Shown: positions 58,901 through 64,000 of the stretch, piece by piece | Numbering within the stretch: the first letter of the stretch is position 1 | Layout of the letters: each line of letters starts with the position of its first letter | Program-made: the position numbers and the translations under genes | Notes under the pieces: model-generated | Databases searched by the model: none | What the model was told of the DNA's origin: nothing | Seen by the model: only the letters and a program-made list of their open reading frames with translations | NCBI GenBank assembly: GCA_965603825.1 | Contig: CBFDEM010000003.1 | Span: 248,001 to 312,000 of the forward strand | Origin: Blepharisma stoltei ATCC 30299 | Taxonomy: Eukaryota; Protista; Ciliophora | DNA: 64,000 nucleotides | Direction: 5' to 3'

Positions 58901-60443
58901 CAACTTGCAAGTCCTTGAACATTTTGTCTTTTTCAAATAAATCTTTTTTAAGCTTTTCAATAGTTTTTGAGTACTCTTCTAGTAAGCTTGGCAGCTTAAA
59001 TTCCTCTTCTTCTTCCACATATAAATTATGCTCTTTAAGGAGTTCTACGTATTTTTCCACTTTTGACTTATAAATATCCCTTTCTTTAATTGTATTTAAA
59101 TTTTCAATTTCGCTGTCATTAGAGCTGCTTCTATATTTATCTAGTTCTATCGTCAGCTGGCTGACCCTTTTTTCCAGCTGTTGGCATTTTAGCTTCACTT
59201 TTCTATCTTCATCTTCGAAATTCCCTGTCTTCATCTGTGCGAAAGCTTCTTTTATTTCTTCAGAACTGTCCATCGTGATAACTTTCCTATAGTTCATAAT
59301 TTCCTGCTTTAAAGCAAACACTTCTTGTCGAAGCTGAGCAATCATAGCTGACTGCGGATCTCTATTAACAATAGGCTTATTTTTTATATGTCGAGCTCTG
59401 CTGGCGTATTTCAAAGTATTCAAAGTCTCTTCAAAATTGATTTCTGCTGGAGATATACAAGCAATCATATAGGTTTTAGCGTTCCCTCCTAATGAATCTT
59501 GTAATATTCTTGTGAGCTTGGAATCTCTATAAGGAACATGAGTTGACTTTTTTGAGTCTTCAGTAAGCGCACTTATCACATTTCCTAAACATAACAAGCC
59601 TTTATTAATACTGATCCCCTCTTTTAATGTAGCTCCAACAGCTCCAGTCCTTTTCGCTCTTTCAGAGCCGGCTAGGTCTACAAAATGAAACTTAGCGATC
59701 ATGTATTCTTGAGTCTCACTGATTTTTTCTCCAGTGACTTCGTCTTCTAATACTTGTTGCTCTATATTAATTGTAAAAATTGCATGAGATCGGCTGCTTT
59801 GAGAATTCATAAGTGTTGACGCAGTGCTTCTTTGGATGCTGCCTCTGTGTAAACACATAGACATTTCTTCATCAGTAGCCACTGTTTCTTCATGCAGCCC
59901 CATCAATAAAATGCTTCCTTTATCTTCTCTAATTGATATTGGTTTTTCAGGCACCATGCTGTTAGCACCTAATAAGTCATGTATATCTTCATTATAAATT
60001 TCTAAAAAGCTCACTTTTATAGTAAATTCCGCCTTGCCTTTTCTTTTATCAATTTCCTCATATATCATTTTTATCACTCTGGGAATTATCCCTACCTCTT
60101 CATCAAGTAAGTTTAATACTTGGCCACTTCCCATGGTATAAGTTTTGCCACTCCCAGTTTGCCCATAAGCTAATACTGTTACATTGTACCCACTAAAACA
60201 GCTCAAGACCAAATCTTTCGCACAAACCTCAAAGACTTCGCTTTGTTTTGACTCGACGCCGAACACGTGATCAAATGCAAACTCACGATCTTTTCCAATT
60301 ATTATAGTATTGCGGTCAAGGTCAGATGTTATACAGATTTGGGAACTTTCGATTTTTTCGCTTCCTATTAGAGGTCGGACTCGGACTGCGACTCTGACTG
60401 AGCTTGAAGCTTCAGATTCACCGTTGTTTTCCTTTGGTTCCAT
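55941..60443 (-). CDS. kinesin-4 (KIF21-like): motor, coiled coil, C-terminal WD40
   Basis: AYGQTGSGKT, NSQSSRSHAIF, FHFVDLAGSER, HVPYRDSKLTRILQDSLGGN; WD40 repeats at the C-terminus. Confidence 0.95.
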   Translation of the reverse strand: MEPKENNGESEASSSVRVAVRVRPLIGSEKIESSQICITSDLDRNTIIIGKDREFAFDHVFGVESKQSEVFEVCAKDLVLSCFSGYNVTVLAYGQTGSGKTYTMGSGQVLNLLDEEVGIIPRVIKMIYEEIDKRKGKAEFTIKVSFLEIYNEDIHDLLGANSMVPEKPISIREDKGSILLMGLHEETVATDEEMSMCLHRGSIQRSTASTLMNSQSSRSHAIFTINIEQQVLEDEVTGEKISETQEYMIAKFHFVDLAGSERAKRTGAVGATLKEGISINKGLLCLGNVISALTEDSKKSTHVPYRDSKLTRILQDSLGGNAKTYMIACISPAEINFEETLNTLKYASRARHIKNKPIVNRDPQSAMIAQLRQEVFALKQEIMNYRKVITMDSSEEIKEAFAQMKTGNFEDEDRKVKLKCQQLEKRVSQLTIELDKYRSSSNDSEIENLNTIKERDIYKSKVEKYVELLKEHNLYVEEEEEFKLPSLLEEYSKTIEKLKKDLFEKDKMFKDLQVEYDNLMQAYEQDEAMLNKKTQEIEILKRSKSSSKGLDNLNEFVIKNFDDYGKIFAETVLAKIEKQENAQENAQENPQENPEDEETPETPDLEDPSTEEEPPCLAEKEELIKVESKIREKEDMLRNIEEAFKELQSKLLEEMSQQYYLKIEELEKELHTTVKERDMALEKVREGSNAEKQNVAERFRAKISQLEEKLKENQRKDREQTALYKLVENQKIQLAKLAADINKAKQDKVALSKKIKEENEAHNKWKASRQKEILQMKQLNLKKDKEIQKLQSENRKKELIAKRKSEELAAIQRRQRDIALKRRSKGSDKRDIMKWVSDYASACIEERELRVKIQNDITEKDEIEKQKLELTQQFAIAKLKLEKLEMVYEESGLINDETHLASKIQETKSELEYLSEQLETLEEKLRFKQEKIIETSQLLANSEVEDIKAKSLAINTLDDAHLLISALFDEVMTRASESKQFGKNLQKNEIQIQNLKLINDELTYEKDLLLRQHEAESTRLKMEYEAREKLILEELEERKNVHVIVPVNTEEPDKVIEELVKKDKENQEIIDNLRKDLENTLQKYNKYRKAFIEMREQVLQMKEEENKAKPKVPPPSTITSLAKAREQAKNKREKVEEETKKPKKPQSVNSSQSKIPRAISFDSEDAMTDKTQRTKLKKSETSVNQSMEQSNQPSQRWQCTQSLEAHTSAVCSMVYHENILYTGSNKAFKMWSFDTLSVISEVPCHNSFIKAMAFWPENSLIFTGCNKEINIWDAISLQKISSFVGHCEDVRALHMKDNLLISAGKSLSDGPSIFIWDLRRNNTPLYKTENMQDMYSINVHDNIAYYSGRTHNIGRLNLRSFETIKPYESNHTDIITSLAIYKDSIISGSRDKTIKRWDRADNVNYQPILNAHTDWVNSIITDNKGKYIFTAGKEGKVKVWKGGRNLKMASEIIGHASSVNCIAPLANNDIEIISGGTDKFIKVWKLIEDNSGSDSEGSNN

Positions 60444-60673
60444 TTTTCAAATACTTAAGAATTTGATGAATCTTTTGAATTTCAACAGAGGGTGGGGAGG
60501 AAACGGTTTATACGTGGAAGGTCTGGAAGCAGAAAAATTATGAATGAATATAATTGATAATAAGAGAAAGGATAGAAAAGGAGAAGAAAATGAAAAGTAT
60601 TTAAATTTATAGGAATAAATGAGTTTTAAAATGGATAGATGAATTCAACTTTACAAAAATCTTAGGCTATCAA

Positions 60674-61699
60674 TTAGCTTTTGCTGCTTGCTCTGTCTTT
60701 TAGTGGCATATCGTAACGTCTTTCATTAAGTGAAATTGGGCTTTCGTTCTGTTTGCTGCTTAAATTTGACTGATTTATGCTTACTTGAGAAGATTTACAG
60801 AGCGATGCAAAAGAGTTTTGTGACCTTTCATCAATAGCTTGACTTAATGACTCGATTTTCTTATTCATCCCAGATATAATCTTTATATGAGCGTCCGAAA
60901 CTTCAGAATTCTTTTCCATTTGTTTTTCTAGATCTCTCACTTTTTGTTTTTCAGCTGCAGATTCTTGCACGATAGTAAGTATGCATTGCTTTGCTTCGCT
61001 TGTATAATCTAGCAGACTATTTAATTTTGATTTTGATATTACATATCCTCATCTTTCAGCTTCTGCGAGGGCATATTGGATACTATTGCAAGCTAATTTA
61101 ATATCATCTTTCAAAGTCTCAACCTCACTTTTAAGCTCCTTGAACCCATGTATAAAAGCATCAGTATTTTTGCTTTTCTCACTTAATTCTGCATTTTTGC
61201 TTTCCAAAATTTTTGATAATTGAGAAATTATTTCATCTTTTTTCTCAACTTTTAGTGAAATTCTTTGGATGTCTAATTTGATTTGGCTCATTGTTTGAGT
61301 GAATATTTTCTTATCTGTTTCGGCTACAGATATAACTTCTTCCATTGAACTAATCCTATTTTTTGCAGTCTCACGTATATTGCCGAAAACATCTCTTAAT
61401 CTTTCACATGCTGGGGAAATTTCTTGAAAATAATCCATTATTGGAACTCTAGGTAAGTGAGATAGTGATAAAGGCAGTTTCGAAAAAAAATATTCAGTCG
61501 ATCAGGCAGCTAGGCTCTCAAGAAATAAATTCAATGAACGAATATCTTTTGCAATAAGCTCTGGATGTTGGCTATTAGCTAGATTTTCTGAGTGCTGTGC
61601 GACGTCAAGATCAGAAAATTTTAAGGAAGAATTGAGTGATTGATTTTTTGATTTTTTAGAAGTTTGTAAGGATGGAGGTTTAAGGTCACTGCATGACAT
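60674..61699 (-). CDS. coiled-coil hypothetical protein
   Basis: Three same-frame ORFs join through TGA at 61502 and 61049. Confidence 0.75.
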
Positions 61700-61866
61700 T
61701 GAAAGTAATTATTTTAATATTGAATTAATAATATTGCATTATTTTTCGAAGCGTATAGCTATACTTAAATTGGTTTTATTCAAATTTTTCTTATTGATAG
61801 AGTATCGTATTAATTATTAATAGTTGCATTTTCTTAAAACCTATGAGCTGTTAACAACATGATAAA

Positions 61867-63573
61867 ATGAACACCGAAATGTCTGAGAGTCTTTACGAAG
61901 CTCATCATCTATATACATATTCTGATGCCCATGAAGATCACAGTTTTTCAAAAATTTTTAACGAAAGTGATCTTATGCCAACCTCAGCAACAACGAAGTC
62001 TATCATAAGAGCCCAAACGAAATCTAATATTGCAAGCTTTGATGGCCTCGAATCAAGAATTGAGATTTTTGACAGCATAAAGTTTCCAGTTCTTAAAAGT
62101 CCTTTAAGAAATCCAAGAAAAATTAAAGTTAAACGTATGAATTCAAATATTGATGATTCTCCAAGTCTCAATCCTGTTCACAGAAATTACAAAATTCCTA
62201 AATCTTTATACCCAAGCAAGAGACCAAGGCTAGGATTTAAATTGAGTTCATCGTACGATTCAAATATAGGGCCAGGAGATTATAATCCAATCTCCAGGTC
62301 GTTTACACCGGGAGGGATATTTTCAATTGAAGCTAGGTTTGAGACAAATCTCCAAGAAAAAGTGGAGGTTTTTCTGAGACAAAAAAGAATAAAGAATAGG
62401 AGTATTTTCCTTTCTAATAAAATTTATGAAAGGAATATGGATATGGATCAGTATTCGTTGGAAAATAAAGAGAAATCTTTTAAAAAAAAGCAAAAAATAA
62501 AGAAAGCAAAAGAAGAAATTGCGAAATTGACGAAGAAAAAAATTGATTTCTTTCAAAAAGAAAATAAAATTTCGAAACTCAATGAAAAAATGCAAAGAAA
62601 TAAATACAGAGAAAAAAAGGTCGAAGGACAGCAAGTGATGAAATCATGAATAATTTTATCAATAATAGCTGGCATCCAAACTTCTTGCTGGCACAATTTT
62701 GACAAAAGAAAAGTAAAGCTTATTTAGAAACTGAGAGAAAGATCGAGGAACCATCTAATATTTTTATTTAATATTATGAGGGTGATAGGCAGAATAAGAA
62801 TTCTTTTAAGCAAAGCTAGGTGAAGTATACTGATAAAAGCATTGAAAAAGAACTCTTCTGTAATAAAAAATTGGCTTGCAAAAAGAAGAAAACTTTATTT
62901 AAATATGTTGAGCTCTGTAACAGATAAAGTATTGCCAGATATCACACTATTTGAGCTTATGATGAAATTTCATAGAATAAGAGATTTGATACAAGCTGGA
63001 GTACTTAGTATCATAAAAATCAGAATTTCCAGGATATTTGCGCTAAGTTTATTGTGGGATAAATTTGAAACCTCAGTAATTCAAGACCTTCGAAAATATG
63101 GAAAAATTAAATACAATGATAAAAGTGATAGATTTATTCCACAAAATATTAAGGAAGAATACATCAAAAAATATTTTGCTTTACAAGCTAAAGCCCATAT
63201 AGAAAACATAAAGCAATATAATATATTATGCCAAGAAATTGACAAAGAAAAAGAGTTAAATATAAAAGAAATCGAATTTGAGCAAATGTTCAATGGAAAG
63301 CCAATCACTGAATTAAAAGATTTTACCTATCCGAAGCGTCCAGTTTTTATGCTTTATTCAAATAACAATTCAATGAAAAAATATATTAGTCAGCTTCTTA
63401 ATACTCAGCTTCATTACACAAAAGAAGAAAGCTATATCAAATCGTCGACTTTAAAAAGTAAGATCCGTCAGCCTTCAAGCAGTAAAGAAAAAGATGATTG
63501 TAGCAGTATCCGTTTAAAAGCAGCTAAGAACTATAACTTCAAAGCTTTTGCTAATGTTTCTAGTAAGAGGTAG
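61867..63573 (+). CDS. basic hypothetical protein with one PGP-type motif (IGPGDYNP); one 15-nt intron
   Basis: Joined through TGA 62647, intron 62713-62727 and TGA 62821. Confidence 0.72.
62713..62727 (+). other. 15-nt intron GTAAAGCTTATTTAG
   Basis: GT..AG with A10; removes an in-frame TAG between two same-frame ORFs. Confidence 0.85.
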
Positions 63574-64000
63574 CAAACGATATTATTTAATTTATATAGT
63601 AAACTTATTAATCCTTTTTCAAATGCCGATTGAAATAAGCACCAAGCATTATTGTTTGCAATAATAAGAACTTTCATAATCTTTTGTTATAAAATAATCA
63701 AAATTCCATAAAAAAATTATTAAACATAATGGTAAATGATAAAATTAAATTATCAACACAAGCTCCTTGAGTTCAATTTTTAATTATGCCCATATCAAAA
63801 TATGGTTGAGAAAAATAAAATTTCAATAATAAATTCGTATAATTCACTAAGGCAAGGATTTAAGTTCCAAAAAGCCACTTAAAGTTTGTTTATCTTAGCA
63901 AAATTAATAAAATAAATAATATATTTAAGCATTCTTCTTTATATATATTTTTAGATTCTTTTAGCATAAAATAAATTGGTGCTAAGAGTTTCATATATCA

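Noticed and set aside
989-62823. In-frame TGA as pseudogenisation or selenocysteine
   Set aside because: TGA falls at conserved Trp positions in many unrelated conserved genes, not at redox Cys positions.
1-64000. tRNA, rRNA, snRNA genes and telomeric repeats
   Set aside because: None recognised by eye; a covariance-model scan is needed to exclude them.

Overview
AT-rich, very gene-dense eukaryotic DNA. It is most consistent with the macronuclear genome of a heterotrich ciliate, probably Blepharisma. Two features point there. First, TGA reads as Trp at conserved Trp positions (YGGGL*HSWFDRDL, FYSDW*NS, EAQRH*MEIT, GSLP*, IQKYIRG*LVR), while TAA/TAG end the genes. Second, 11 canonical 15-nt GT..AG introns were found, all with A at position 10. 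The supplied ORF track (standard code, no splicing) therefore fragments many genes, so I rebuilt about 38 gene models by hand. Recognisable genes include VPS29, PAF1, RPB8, TFIIF-alpha, IWS1, TOP3B, a KIF21-like kinesin, DNPEP, an MBOAT, a TBC GAP, Tctex-1, ALG6, OSCP1, acid sphingomyelinase and a CK1-like kinase. The most notable observations are: (1) a Dicer-like protein whose two RNase III signatures both lack the catalytic Asp; (2) a ubiquitin-like gene split by a 411-bp insertion that looks like a retroposon (6-bp TSD, GAA/A tail); (3) unusual fusions: UEV-ALG6, IQ-CBM-PTC7 phosphatase, tandem double IPK, and Rdx-repeat-Ig; (4) a tandem pair of Kelch/Cys-rich receptors with an Erv41/46-like membrane module; (5) strongly gene-dependent use of UGA for Trp. 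All family assignments come from motif recognition by eye; no database searches were run.
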